DNA of 64,000 nucleotides, from assembly GCA_046290225.1 (NCBI GenBank), contig JBKAGE010000001.1, positions 64,001 to 128,000 of the forward strand. The letters are read 5' to 3'. The DNA is from Bradymonadia bacterium. GTDB taxonomy: Bacteria > Myxococcota_A > Bradymonadia > UBA7976 > UBA1532. A program made the position numbers and the translations under genes. Within the stretch, counting starts at the first letter, position 1. Every line of letters begins with the position of its first letter. Of the stretch, positions 1 to 10,112 are shown piece by piece. The notes under the pieces were generated by a model that saw only the letters and a program-made list of their open reading frames with translations, was not told the origin of the DNA and did no database searches.

Positions 1-1098
1 GATCTCAACAACATGCTCACCCTGATCCTCCCCTGCGCTGACATGCTCAAGATGCGGCTGCACGGCGATGAAGAGGCCCTCGGTGACGTCAAGATGATCC
101 TCGAAGCGGCACGGCGCTCGAAGAGCCTCGTCCGCGGCCTGCTGGCCTTTGGCCGCAAACAGATCCTCCGGCCCGCCCCCCTCGACCTCTGCGCGCTGCT
201 CGAGCGGTTCAACCCCCTCATCGATCGCACGCTCGGTGGCAGCATCACCCTCGAATACGCTCTGGACGACGATCTGCCCCCGGTGCTCTTCGACACCTCG
301 CAGATGGAGCTGATCCTGGTGAACCTCGCGGCCAACGCCCGCGAGGCGGTGAAGCCTGGTGGTGGCCGCGCCCGCATCACGGTGCGACACGCCTCAAAGG
401 ACCGCCCCGTGGGCGTGCCCGACGGCCCCTTCGCCGAGCTGATCTTCGAAGATGAAGGTCAAGGCATCGCCCCTGACGTGCTCCCTCGCCTCTTCGAGCC
501 GTTCTTCACCACCAAGCCCGCCTCGGGCCACGGTGTGGGCCTGGCAAGTGTGTACGGCGTGATGCGCCAAAGCGGAGGGCACATTTGCGTGGAGAGCGAG
601 TACGGTCGTTGGACCCGCTTTACGCTCTATGTGCCCTTTGCCGAAGCAGCGGCTCAGGCCCCGACGATGGAGATCTCCGAGATCATCGAGCAGCCTCCTG
701 GGGGGTCAGAGCGTATTCTGGTGGTCGAAGACGAGGCTGGTGTGCGGCAAGTGGTGGTGCGCACCCTCATTCAAGCGGGCTACACAGTGCTCGACGCCGG
801 CAACGGCCCTGAGGCGCTACAGGTCGAAGCCTGCAGCGACAAACACCGGCTCGATCTGCTGCTCAGCGATGTGGTGATGCCCCACACCAACACCGGCGCC
901 TTCGTCAAAGAGATGTGCCGGCGTCGGCCAGGGATGAAGGTGATGTTCATGTCTGGGTATGCCGCTGACGAGACGGTGCGTCATGGCGTCGAGCTCGGCG
1001 AGCACGGCTTCTTGCACAAGCCCTTCACGGGGAATGGGCTCCTCCGAGCGGTTCGGAAAGCCCTCGATCAGAGTCAGTCGGCGGCCTTCACCGGCTGA
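1..1098 (+). CDS. Hybrid sensor histidine kinase/response regulator (5' part outside window)
   Basis: Frame 1 is open from base 1 (DLNNMLT, tail of the H-box). It has an N-box (NLAANARE), G1/F/G2 boxes (DEGQGI, LFEPFFTTK, GHGVGL) and a C-terminal receiver domain (VVEDE, LLSDVVMP, MSGY, KPF). Confidence 0.95.
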   Translation, partial: DLNNMLTLILPCADMLKMRLHGDEEALGDVKMILEAARRSKSLVRGLLAFGRKQILRPAPLDLCALLERFNPLIDRTLGGSITLEYALDDDLPPVLFDTSQMELILVNLAANAREAVKPGGGRARITVRHASKDRPVGVPDGPFAELIFEDEGQGIAPDVLPRLFEPFFTTKPASGHGVGLASVYGVMRQSGGHICVESEYGRWTRFTLYVPFAEAAAQAPTMEISEIIEQPPGGSERILVVEDEAGVRQVVVRTLIQAGYTVLDAGNGPEALQVEACSDKHRLDLLLSDVVMPHTNTGAFVKEMCRRRPGMKVMFMSGYAADETVRHGVELGEHGFLHKPFTGNGLLRAVRKALDQSQSAAFTG

Positions 1099-1796
1099 AA
1101 CCACTGGAACACCTGCACCCCGTACAGCCGGGGCATGCCCTCTTCGAACCGCAGCGCCACACCACACCCCATTTGTTTGCCCTGATCGCTGAGGATGTTC
1201 TCGCGATGCCCCGGTGATTTCATCCACTGCTCGACGATGGCCTTCGCAAAGGATCGATAGCTGTGCGGTGGGATGGGCTTACCCCCGGGGCGAGTGGCGA
1301 AATGACCCCTCTCCCGGTCGATCACGTACACCGCGCTGCCATTCGGCAAGTCGAGCCCTGTGCGCACAGCGACGTTCTCGGCGATGTACGGGTTGCTGAT
1401 ACCGGCGAGGCGCGCCCGCTCAGTGGGCCCTTTGCGCTTGGTGCTGTAGCGATCAGTGTGGCCGAAGAACTTCAGCCGGGCCATCCGACCAGCGTGGCCC
1501 TGGGCAGCCCGGGCGAGGCGCTTCTCGGTCGGCAACGCCTCGAGACCATGACGGGTGCGGGTGGTGTTGGTGATCTCACAAATGGCAGCACTCAAGCGCG
1601 GCAGATCGAGATCGTCGAAGTTCATGCGCGCATCTGGCACCTGGCGGTCTGGTGGATGCGCTGAGTCCCCCGGCGATGTCGCTGGCCGCTCTGCTGCAGC
1701 CTGACTGCTCATGAGACACACGCTCAGGGCGGTGGTGATCAACAGGGGGAAAGATCGCACGAGGGTCAGGGTGGGTCGATTCGTTGTGAGGTGCAT
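1074..1796 (-). CDS. Secreted CAP/SCP-domain protein
   Basis: Signal peptide; CAP motifs N..R..HGL, AAQGHA..M....FFGH, AENVA and WMKSPGHRENIL; GAGGAG RBS upstream. Confidence 0.9.
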   Translation of the reverse strand: MHLTTNRPTLTLVRSFPLLITTALSVCLMSSQAAAERPATSPGDSAHPPDRQVPDARMNFDDLDLPRLSAAICEITNTTRTRHGLEALPTEKRLARAAQGHAGRMARLKFFGHTDRYSTKRKGPTERARLAGISNPYIAENVAVRTGLDLPNGSAVYVIDRERGHFATRPGGKPIPPHSYRSFAKAIVEQWMKSPGHRENILSDQGKQMGCGVALRFEEGMPRLYGVQVFQWFQPVKAAD

Positions 1797-1893
1797 CAGG
1801 ATCTCCTCTTCGGCATACGCGTCTTCATCTCATCGAGATGACAGACGTGGGCCGAGGGAGAGTCATTCCTAGAAGAGTCAACTCTTCGGAAAC

Positions 1894-4188
1894 TCACTCT
1901 TCGGGGGCGCCCTCATCCTCACCCTCACCGAGGCCCTCGGGGGCCAGCGTGGTGAGAAAGGCTTCCGAGCCGGTCAAGGCCACAATCATCTCCGCGAGGC
2001 CTCCATCTTCGGCATCCAGGCGCTCGGCCATGAAGGCGATGCTGGCATCGTCGATCTCGTCTCCGAGGCCTTCCCAGCGGCCCATGCCATAGCGGAACCA
2101 CTGCCGCGCCATGCAGTTGAGGGCGTCGGGGTGCTGCGACAAAGCATCCGCCAGAGCCAGCGGCCCGTTGAAGTTGTCTTCGAGGCCGATGGTGCCGGCG
2201 ACGTGCCCTGAGTCGTCGATGGGCAGGCCCGCCTCGGTCAACCTAAAACGCCCGACGGCGTCGTACTTCTCGAACAAGAAGCCCACAGGGTTGATGAGGG
2301 CGTGGCAGTTGGCGCAGCTGTCGCCCCGCTGAGTGGTCATGGCGTCCCACCGCTGACGGGTGGTCATGGCGTCGTTCAGCTGGGGGGGCTGGGTGTTGAA
2401 GTCGGGGGGCGGCGGCATCTCCCGACACAAGATCTGCTCCTGAATGAACATGCCCCGGGCCACCGGAGACGTCTGAATGTGCTTGGAGGTCACCGAGAGC
2501 AAGCTGGCGTGGGTGAGCAGCCCCAGCCGCTGCTCTGTGGGCAGCGGGGTGTCGACGAAGTCGTTGGGCCCCAGGGAGCCCTGCACATCGACCCCATAGA
2601 AACGCCCGAGGCGGGTGTTCATGAACGACGAGGTGCTCACCATGAGATCGGCGTAGTCGCCCCCCTTGTCGAAGACGATGTATTCGATGAACGACAGCGT
2701 CTCTTTGAGGATGTCGCCTTTGAAGAGATCGAGGTTGCCGTCGTAGATCTCTTCGCTCCGGGAGATGGTGGGCACCTCGTAGAGCATCAGCCAGCGGGAG
2801 AAGAAGTCGAGGATCCGAGTCCGCGCCCGGGGATCTCCGAGCATACGCCGCGCCTGGCTCATGACCCCTTCACGGGTGTCGAGCTCACCGGCAGCGGCGG
2901 CCTGGAGCAACGCGTCGTCGGGCAACGAGCCCCAGAGGGCCTGCGCCAGCCGCCCGGCGAGTGACCAGCCGTCGAGAGGCACGCGACCGTTCTCGAGACG
3001 GGCGACGTCACCCCGCTCGAGCACGTAGAGGAACCGGGGAGAGAAGAAGACCCCGGCGAGCATGGCCTCGATGCCGGTGTGGAACCCGCCATCGGCGGCA
3101 CCAGCCTGATAAATGCGCCGCAGCTGCACCAGCTCCTCTTCGTCGAGCGGACGCCGCCACGCCCGCAACCCCACCCACTCGATGAATTGATCGAGGCAGG
3201 CCCGGCGCCGAGCATCGGCGTCTTCCACGGTCTGATCGATGGGCCCTTCGAACTCCAACCACTGCAGGTAGAAGTTGATGTCGCCTACGCCTTCCACGGA
3301 ATCATCGTTGATGAAGCGCACGTGGAACCGGGTCACCCCTTCGTCGAGGACTACGGCGTCGCTCTCGTAGGTGAACGGCTCGAGGCTGTTGACGTCGAAT
3401 TCGTGTACTGGCTCACCGTTCACTTCGATGACCACGTCGGGCCCTTCAAGGGCGAGTTGCTCCCCCCAAGCCCGCATGTGGAACCGGTACGCCCCAGGCT
3501 CGGTGATGTTGTAGTCGAAGAGCACGAAGCCGTTGATGAGATATGTGGCGAATTCGTCGCCGATGTCCTGACCGTCTGCACGGGTCATCTGCACGGACTG
3601 AATGCGCACCCGAGGGGCGGGCTCGCCGCAGTCGACGAAGCTCTCGATGGGGGGCAGCTTCTCGGCGAGGCGGTTGGCGATGACCTGGGCCGCCGTCCAG
3701 TGGGCCTCCACCATGATGTCGCTCGAGGACTGGCGCGAGGCGAGGTTCTCGAAACCCTTGAAGACAGCATCTGGTGGCAGCGCCGCGGTGACCTCGTCGA
3801 TGAAAGGCGATTCTTGCAACAGCAGATCCTCGCCGAGGAAGGCGATGAGATCTTTCATGCTGTTGTTGTACTCCTGCCGGGTCAGCCGCCTCAGGGTCAC
3901 GGGCCCACCAACGACATCATCAACACGCGCGTCGGGGAGAGGGCCCACCATGCTGGCGTCAGGCTCCAAGATCAGCGCGTCGGCGTCCGGCCCATCGCCC
4001 GACTCACCGCCGCTCGTTCGATCGAGGCAAACTTCGTTGAGGCAGATCTGGCCCTGCTCACAATCAGCCTGGGTGCTGCAGGTGTTGGGGTCGAGTAGCA
4101 GGCTGCACCCGCTGAACCACACCACCGCCATGATCCAGAGGCACATCGCCACTGCCGACATGCCCCGCATTTTGCGGTGGGGTTTCAT
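1894..4188 (-). CDS. DUF1592/DUF1588/DUF1587/DUF1595/DUF1585 multidomain lipoprotein with an inserted carbohydrate-binding-like module
   Basis: Lipobox FSGC; motifs LRRLTRQEYNNS, AWRRPL, SPRFLY, LWGSLPD, TSPVARG, CANCH..INPVGF and FRYGMGR; inserted FINDD...DINFYLQWLEF module. Start uncertain (4161-4251). Confidence 0.88.
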   Translation of the reverse strand: MKPHRKMRGMSAVAMCLWIMAVVWFSGCSLLLDPNTCSTQADCEQGQICLNEVCLDRTSGGESGDGPDADALILEPDASMVGPLPDARVDDVVGGPVTLRRLTRQEYNNSMKDLIAFLGEDLLLQESPFIDEVTAALPPDAVFKGFENLASRQSSSDIMVEAHWTAAQVIANRLAEKLPPIESFVDCGEPAPRVRIQSVQMTRADGQDIGDEFATYLINGFVLFDYNITEPGAYRFHMRAWGEQLALEGPDVVIEVNGEPVHEFDVNSLEPFTYESDAVVLDEGVTRFHVRFINDDSVEGVGDINFYLQWLEFEGPIDQTVEDADARRRACLDQFIEWVGLRAWRRPLDEEELVQLRRIYQAGAADGGFHTGIEAMLAGVFFSPRFLYVLERGDVARLENGRVPLDGWSLAGRLAQALWGSLPDDALLQAAAAGELDTREGVMSQARRMLGDPRARTRILDFFSRWLMLYEVPTISRSEEIYDGNLDLFKGDILKETLSFIEYIVFDKGGDYADLMVSTSSFMNTRLGRFYGVDVQGSLGPNDFVDTPLPTEQRLGLLTHASLLSVTSKHIQTSPVARGMFIQEQILCREMPPPPDFNTQPPQLNDAMTTRQRWDAMTTQRGDSCANCHALINPVGFLFEKYDAVGRFRLTEAGLPIDDSGHVAGTIGLEDNFNGPLALADALSQHPDALNCMARQWFRYGMGRWEGLGDEIDDASIAFMAERLDAEDGGLAEMIVALTGSEAFLTTLAPEGLGEGEDEGAPEE

Positions 4189-4452
4189 CCAGCCCCCTGA
4201 GACATTTCGAACCAATGAAAAATGTAGAACACTATTTTGGAAGAGCCTCACGTTTTTCCCGCTGGTGTGAGTCAGATTGGGTCAATCCGACTCTGTCCCA
4301 CTCTTCCCCCCCCTGAGTGTGATTGTAGGTAGCAAAATCCTTTGATTTTCTCAATCGTGGCGACCCCCTTGTGCAGAGATTTTAGCCGCTTGTAGATCGA
4401 AGTTGGTGCTTGCTCGTTCCCCACACAGCCCACCCGAGAATCAGGAGATCTC

Positions 4453-7400
4453 ATGGCCCCCGCCCGATGGCTCTCACAGGCTCTGCTCGCTCTGGCGCTC
4501 TCTCTCTGCGCCCTTCCTGCCGCAATGGCCCAGAATGACTCTGGTGATCCCGGCGAGCAGGTGCGCCTCTCTCTGGAGCGCTATGCCAAACTGCTCGCCA
4601 CGGCTCAACGCCAGGGGGGCCCACGGGCGACGTGGAGTCCGGGCTCGGTGAGCGTCTCTTTGCCCCAGGAGGGCAAGCGCTTTGCCCGTGTTGTGGTGCA
4701 AAGCCAGCTGAAGGTGGTGGGCGAAGGCGAAGCGATCGTACCGCTGCTGCCCAACGAGGTGGTGCTGCAGAGCGCCACCTTCAACGGCAGCCAGGCTGCC
4801 CTCACGCAGTCGAGCGGCACTCACGCATTGCTCCTGGGCAAAGATCGCCGCGAGGGCTTGGTTCGGCTGGAGTATCTGGTGGCCGTGGGCCCCGACGACG
4901 CAGGGGGCAGGAGCACGCTGGTGCCGGTGCCGCCTCTTCCAGGGGCCTCACTGACGGTGGACGGCCCTGGGGCCTCAGAGGCAGAGGCCTGGCCTGCGGC
5001 GGAGATCCGTCGCAGCGGGAACCTGCAGGGCCGCATCCCCGGCGTGTCCGCGGTGGCACTGCGTTGGGGCATGGGCAGTAAGGGCCACGATGTCCGCCAG
5101 GCAAACTACGCCCTCACCCCCGACGCCAGCGGCGGCGGCATGGATGTCTCTGCTGAGCTGACGGTGGTCCTCGAAGCCCGACGGGCAAAGGTTCGCGTGG
5201 CCCCGGCTTCTGTGGCCCTGATGTCGATCACCGACAACAACCGCCCCGTGCCGGTGGTGGTGATCGACGGCTGGCATACGGCTCGGCTCCAGGGGAAGGG
5301 CAACCACACCCTCACGGCGCAGTTCCGGCTGCCCATCGACCGCACTCAGGGCCAACCTCAGGTGAGCCTGGGGCTCACTCGGGTGCCCATCACCCGGGTC
5401 GAAGTGAAGGTGCCCGGCAAGCGCTCCATCGAGTTCGCCCCCGAGGTGCCCGCCCTCACCACCACCGTGGGCAAGGGCGACAACATCCAGACCCTCGCCG
5501 TGGCCCACCTGCCCCCGAGCAACGATCTCCGCGTGAAATGGACCGAGTCCAGGGCCGCTCCGGAGTCCACGGTGCGGGTGAACACCGAGACGTTCCAGCT
5601 GCTCACGTTGCAAGAAGGCGTACTCCGCAGCCGTGTCGTCATGCAGTACGAGGTGATCCGCGGTCGCCTGAAGGAGATCCCCGTGGAGATCCCCAACGGG
5701 GTGGTGGTCTACAAGGTCACCGGTGAAGGCATCGAAGACTGGCTGCCCTTCCCCAAGACCGAGGACGAGCCCCGACAGGTGCGCATCACCCTGGGCCGTG
5801 AGCTTCAGGGCAAGACCACCATCGAGATGATCCTGGAACAGAAGGTGCCCCTCACTGAAGGCGCAGCCCTGAACCTGCCCCTGGTGAAGCCCATGAAGGT
5901 GTTCCGCGAGATGGGGGTGGTGGCGCTCTTCGACGGCGAGAAGGTGGGCTTTGCCCCGGCAAAGGCCGACGCCTTCACCAAGGTGGGGCAAGATGCCCTG
6001 CCCACCTCGATCCGTCAGACCCTCAAAGACAAGGTGAACCAGGCCTACAAGCACATCGGACCGCCCGGGAGCATCACCAGTGCCGTGGCCCCGGCGAAGG
6101 CCCGCAAGGCCCGCTTCGATGCAGTGGTGCAGTCTCTCTACACCATCAAGGAGGGTGCCCTCGCCGCCAACGCGGTGATCACGATGAATGTGAAGAGCGG
6201 CCGCAAGGACACGCTGATCTTCAGCATCCCCGAGGGTGTGACCGAGCCTCAGGTGAACGCCCCGAAGCAGAACAAGGTGGAGCAGAAGAAGGACTTCGAC
6301 GCGGGCCCGGGGCGTAAGGCCTATGAGCTGCGGTTCACGCAGGCTCTCAAGGGTGAGATCACCATCATCGTGGACTTCGAGCAGCTGCTGCCCAAGGAGC
6401 TCGGCAAGATCGCGCTCCCCGACGTGCGGGTGCACGAGGCCGAGGTGGAGAGCGGTCAGCTGGCGGTGACCGCAGACACCGAGATCGAGATCACCCCCCT
6501 CGAGAACAAAGATCTGCGCCGCATCGACATCACCGAGCTGCCCCGCTCGCTGCTCAAGCGCACCGAGCAGGATCTACGCCTGGGCTACCAGTACACCCTG
6601 GGGCCCTGGGGCCTCACCCTCGAGGTAAAGCGCAACGAGACAGTACAGACCCTCGAGGCGGTGGTCTCACGGGCCTGGCTCGACACCCACGTGCTCGAGA
6701 GTGGTTACATCGTGAGCCGGGCCACCTACGAGGTGGTGAACCAGGATCGCCAGTATCTGCGGGTGAACCTGCCTGAGGGGGCCAAGGTGCTCGGCGTCTC
6801 GGTGGGCGCACGCCAGGTGAAGGCAGTGACCGACGAGAATCAGGCCATCGCCGTGCCTCTACTCCGTCGCCGGGCGGCGCTGGTGGATATCGCCTACCAG
6901 ATCAAGGCTGATCCTCTGGGCAGCTTCACCAGCCTCGATCTGCTCAGCCCCCGCCTCGATCTGCGCATGAGCGATCTGCAGTGGCGGGTGCGCACCCCCT
7001 GGGATCTCGGCGTGCTGAGCACCGACACCGATCTCGAGCAGCTCGGCTCAGGGCAGTGGAGCGGGGTGGACCGCGCCGAGGGCGACGCCCTCGCGGCGAT
7101 TCAGATGCCCAACCAGCGCTCCGCCCGCACCCAGGTCTTCGCCTACGCGGTCCACGACGCCAACAGCCCCGCCCTCGAGGTGAGCTTCTTCATGGCCAGG
7201 ACCCTGGGCTCTGGCACCGCTGACATCTTGGGCATCCTGGGCCTGCTCGCCCTGATCTGGGTGATCCGTCTGCGCCGCAACAACGCCCAGCTCGGCGGAC
7301 TCGGCTGGACCCTGGTGGTCTTCGGCCTCGGCGCCATCGTCCTGCGTACGGTGTTCTGGGGCATGAACGTGCCTGAAGGCTTGCTCGCGCTGGCGGTCCT

Positions 7401-7470
7401 GGTGGCGGCGGCGGCCTGGCCCCGCAAGCTCCCGAAGTCAGCGCCTGCTGACGACGGTGCGTCGGCATGA
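4453..7470 (+). CDS. Large exported beta-rich protein with C-terminal transmembrane helices, function unknown
   Basis: AGGAG RBS, signal peptide (AMA|QND), strong GC3 codon bias, three hydrophobic segments at the C-terminus; ATGA overlap with the next gene. Confidence 0.85.
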   Translation: MAPARWLSQALLALALSLCALPAAMAQNDSGDPGEQVRLSLERYAKLLATAQRQGGPRATWSPGSVSVSLPQEGKRFARVVVQSQLKVVGEGEAIVPLLPNEVVLQSATFNGSQAALTQSSGTHALLLGKDRREGLVRLEYLVAVGPDDAGGRSTLVPVPPLPGASLTVDGPGASEAEAWPAAEIRRSGNLQGRIPGVSAVALRWGMGSKGHDVRQANYALTPDASGGGMDVSAELTVVLEARRAKVRVAPASVALMSITDNNRPVPVVVIDGWHTARLQGKGNHTLTAQFRLPIDRTQGQPQVSLGLTRVPITRVEVKVPGKRSIEFAPEVPALTTTVGKGDNIQTLAVAHLPPSNDLRVKWTESRAAPESTVRVNTETFQLLTLQEGVLRSRVVMQYEVIRGRLKEIPVEIPNGVVVYKVTGEGIEDWLPFPKTEDEPRQVRITLGRELQGKTTIEMILEQKVPLTEGAALNLPLVKPMKVFREMGVVALFDGEKVGFAPAKADAFTKVGQDALPTSIRQTLKDKVNQAYKHIGPPGSITSAVAPAKARKARFDAVVQSLYTIKEGALAANAVITMNVKSGRKDTLIFSIPEGVTEPQVNAPKQNKVEQKKDFDAGPGRKAYELRFTQALKGEITIIVDFEQLLPKELGKIALPDVRVHEAEVESGQLAVTADTEIEITPLENKDLRRIDITELPRSLLKRTEQDLRLGYQYTLGPWGLTLEVKRNETVQTLEAVVSRAWLDTHVLESGYIVSRATYEVVNQDRQYLRVNLPEGAKVLGVSVGARQVKAVTDENQAIAVPLLRRRAALVDIAYQIKADPLGSFTSLDLLSPRLDLRMSDLQWRVRTPWDLGVLSTDTDLEQLGSGQWSGVDRAEGDALAAIQMPNQRSARTQVFAYAVHDANSPALEVSFFMARTLGSGTADILGILGLLALIWVIRLRRNNAQLGGLGWTLVVFGLGAIVLRTVFWGMNVPEGLLALAVLVAAAAWPRKLPKSAPADDGASA

Positions 7471-10112
7471 GCGCGGCGATGCACCACACACGACACCTCG
7501 GAGTGGCCCTGGCCCTGTGCGCACTCTGGAGCTGCGCATATGACAGCATGGCCCCTGCAGGGGGCGAAGAGGCGCCCCCAGCGACCCAGACAGCACGCTC
7601 GGCCAGAGGTGCAGCCAAGGGCAAGGCGATGCAGCCGAGGCCCGAAGAGCCCATGGTCGGCCACAGCAGCGCCCTCACTGGCGAGCCCGCCGACGCCCCC
7701 GCTGTGCCACAGGATGCTCTGGAAACGGGAGGCAGAGCGATGCCCTCTGCCAAGCCTGCCACGCCAGCGAAGCCAAAGATCGCTGCGGCCTTCGAGCCAC
7801 CGTCTCCGCCGGTGGTCGACCCCTCCGCCAACATGCCTTCTGGTGGTGATGGCAAGATGGGCTGGAACGCAGAGAAGAAGGCCGCCGACAGGAAGGCCGA
7901 AGACAAGTCGAAGGTGGCCGACTTCGAGCGTACGCCTCGAAACAAGGTGGCGGCCCCGCCGATGTTTCAGGCGAACATGCGGGGCGGAGGGCTCGACGAT
8001 CAGGCACAAGTTGGCCAAGCCCAAGGCGGTGAGGTGGCCCTGGGGCTCGTTGACGGGCGCTTCGGGCAACCTGTCAGCAGCACGGCGCAAGGGCTGAGCG
8101 GCAAGAAGAGCAACGCCGATGGCCTGACGATCGACTTGCCACCTGCTCAACTGGCCGAGCAGCCCGAGCTTGAGCGCTTTGCCCGTGTGAAGGCAGAAGC
8201 GCAGAAACGCCAGGTTGTCGAAGAGCTCGCCAAAGAGAAGCTCGCGGAGAAGTCTCAACAGGAGGTCGAGCTGCTCAAGAAGCAACGCAAGAAGAAGCGC
8301 AAGAAGAAGCGTGGCCGCCGGCAGCTGCTCTCCGACGGCGATCTCGCCGACAACACAGTGGGCAAGGATCGCATCATCGTGCTCGACGAGATCACCGTCG
8401 ACGAAGATGTGCGATACGCATGGGATCTCGAGCCTGAGGCCATAGAGGAAGAAGAGCAGGACGACGACGATGGCGAGGCCGACAACGATCAATGGCGCGC
8501 CGCCACGCGCAACAAGAACACCCAGCGCGGCCGCGGCTACAGGGGTGAAGAGGGCGAGACCCGCGGTCCCATGGGCGACCTCGCCAACCCCCTCCCCGCC
8601 CGGGACGACATGCCCCTGATCCTCGAGACCGAGAAGCCCGCAGAGTTCCTACCCCGCATGTGCTACTTCGAGAACACATACCTCGGAGGCAACGCCGCCT
8701 ACCTCGAGCAGCTGCGGCGACTCGACGCCAGTTTCCAGTCCATCGATCCTCAATCTGTGAGCCCTCGCCCTCACCGGCTGGCTCGCTTGCCAGTGCAGAG
8801 CTTCGACGCCCCCTCGAAGAGCGGCATCCAGATCGACGCCACGTTGCACACCCGCACCCTCGACGCCCCCGGGCGGGTCTTCTTGCAAATCGGCCTCAAG
8901 GGCAGCCAGCGGTACGGCTGGCGACGCCCGCCCCTCGACGTGATGCTCGTCGTGGATCAAAGCGCCCTGGACATGCGCTCGAGCGCTGGTCAGGAGGCCG
9001 TAGAGGCCTTGATTCAGCAGCTCGGTGCCGCTGATCGCGTCGGAGTGATTCTCGTGGATGCCTCGGGGGCGGCGTTGTCTACCCCGCTCAAGCCTCAGCC
9101 CGAGGTGCGCTTCTCCTTGGGCAAGCAGCTCGCAGGGGTCGAATCTGCCGGTCGCGGCGGCGCCGCCGCCCTGGCCAGCGCCCTCGATCGTGCAGGGATT
9201 CGCCTCGCCGAGGCCGCCGAAGATCAGGCGCGGATCCCCGGCAGCCGTACGGTGATCCTGCTCACGGGCCCTGGGGACGCCCACCGGGCAGATCTCGCCC
9301 AACAGGCAGCCCACCGCCTCACGCTTCAGGGCGCCGTGACGTCGGTCATCGAGGTGGGCCAGGCCGGCAGCTTCGGCGGCCGCTGGTGGTCAGTGGCCAA
9401 CGCAGGCCACGGCAACTACCACCGGGCCACCGGAGATGTGGGCACCCTCGTCAATGAGGAGCTCGAAGCCCTGAGCCGGGTCGTGGCGCGGCTGCTTCGC
9501 CTCAACATCCGCCTCGGCAAGCACGCTGATGGGGTGCGCATCCTGGGCAGCCGTGTGCTCGAGCAAAAAGAGGTGAAGGCTGTGAAGGCCCGAGAAGAGG
9601 CCACTGATCGCAGCCTGAGCGAGAGCCTCGGCGTCGACTCCGATCGCGGCGATGATGATGACGGCATCCAGACGGTGATCCCCTACTTCTACGGTGGGGA
9701 CGATCACGTGATCCTGGTGGAACTCTGGGTGGAGAAGTCCGGGCTGGTGGCCGACATCTCGCTCAAATACAAAGACATGGTCAACCTGACCAACGCCACG
9801 GCACAGACCTCGGTGAGTCTGCGCTCGGGCAACCACCCCGACACCCCGGCGCAGGCCCTCGTCAAGCGCAACATCCGGGCGTTCCAGGTGGCGGAGCACC
9901 TGGCCCAGGCGGGCAAGCTGGCCCGCACTCAGGGTGTCTACGCCGCCCGGGCGGCGCTGAACGAGGCTCGAGCCCTTGCTCGGATCCCTGCTGATCGTCG
10001 GGTGGTGGACGCCTTCGACACCATCATCAACCGCTTCCCTGGCCAGAACGCCATGGTGGCCGAGGCCCTGGAACTGGCGGCGAAGCGCCGCGTGGGTCAA
10101 TCACCGGATTGA
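7467..10112 (+). CDS. VWA-domain lipoprotein with a degenerate MIDAS motif
   Basis: Lipobox LWSC; low-complexity N-terminus; RRPPLDVMLVVDQS, DRVGVI, VILLT and GHGNYH are characteristic of vWA domains. Confidence 0.8.
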   Translation: MSAAMHHTRHLGVALALCALWSCAYDSMAPAGGEEAPPATQTARSARGAAKGKAMQPRPEEPMVGHSSALTGEPADAPAVPQDALETGGRAMPSAKPATPAKPKIAAAFEPPSPPVVDPSANMPSGGDGKMGWNAEKKAADRKAEDKSKVADFERTPRNKVAAPPMFQANMRGGGLDDQAQVGQAQGGEVALGLVDGRFGQPVSSTAQGLSGKKSNADGLTIDLPPAQLAEQPELERFARVKAEAQKRQVVEELAKEKLAEKSQQEVELLKKQRKKKRKKKRGRRQLLSDGDLADNTVGKDRIIVLDEITVDEDVRYAWDLEPEAIEEEEQDDDDGEADNDQWRAATRNKNTQRGRGYRGEEGETRGPMGDLANPLPARDDMPLILETEKPAEFLPRMCYFENTYLGGNAAYLEQLRRLDASFQSIDPQSVSPRPHRLARLPVQSFDAPSKSGIQIDATLHTRTLDAPGRVFLQIGLKGSQRYGWRRPPLDVMLVVDQSALDMRSSAGQEAVEALIQQLGAADRVGVILVDASGAALSTPLKPQPEVRFSLGKQLAGVESAGRGGAAALASALDRAGIRLAEAAEDQARIPGSRTVILLTGPGDAHRADLAQQAAHRLTLQGAVTSVIEVGQAGSFGGRWWSVANAGHGNYHRATGDVGTLVNEELEALSRVVARLLRLNIRLGKHADGVRILGSRVLEQKEVKAVKAREEATDRSLSESLGVDSDRGDDDDGIQTVIPYFYGGDDHVILVELWVEKSGLVADISLKYKDMVNLTNATAQTSVSLRSGNHPDTPAQALVKRNIRAFQVAEHLAQAGKLARTQGVYAARAALNEARALARIPADRRVVDAFDTIINRFPGQNAMVAEALELAAKRRVGQSPD

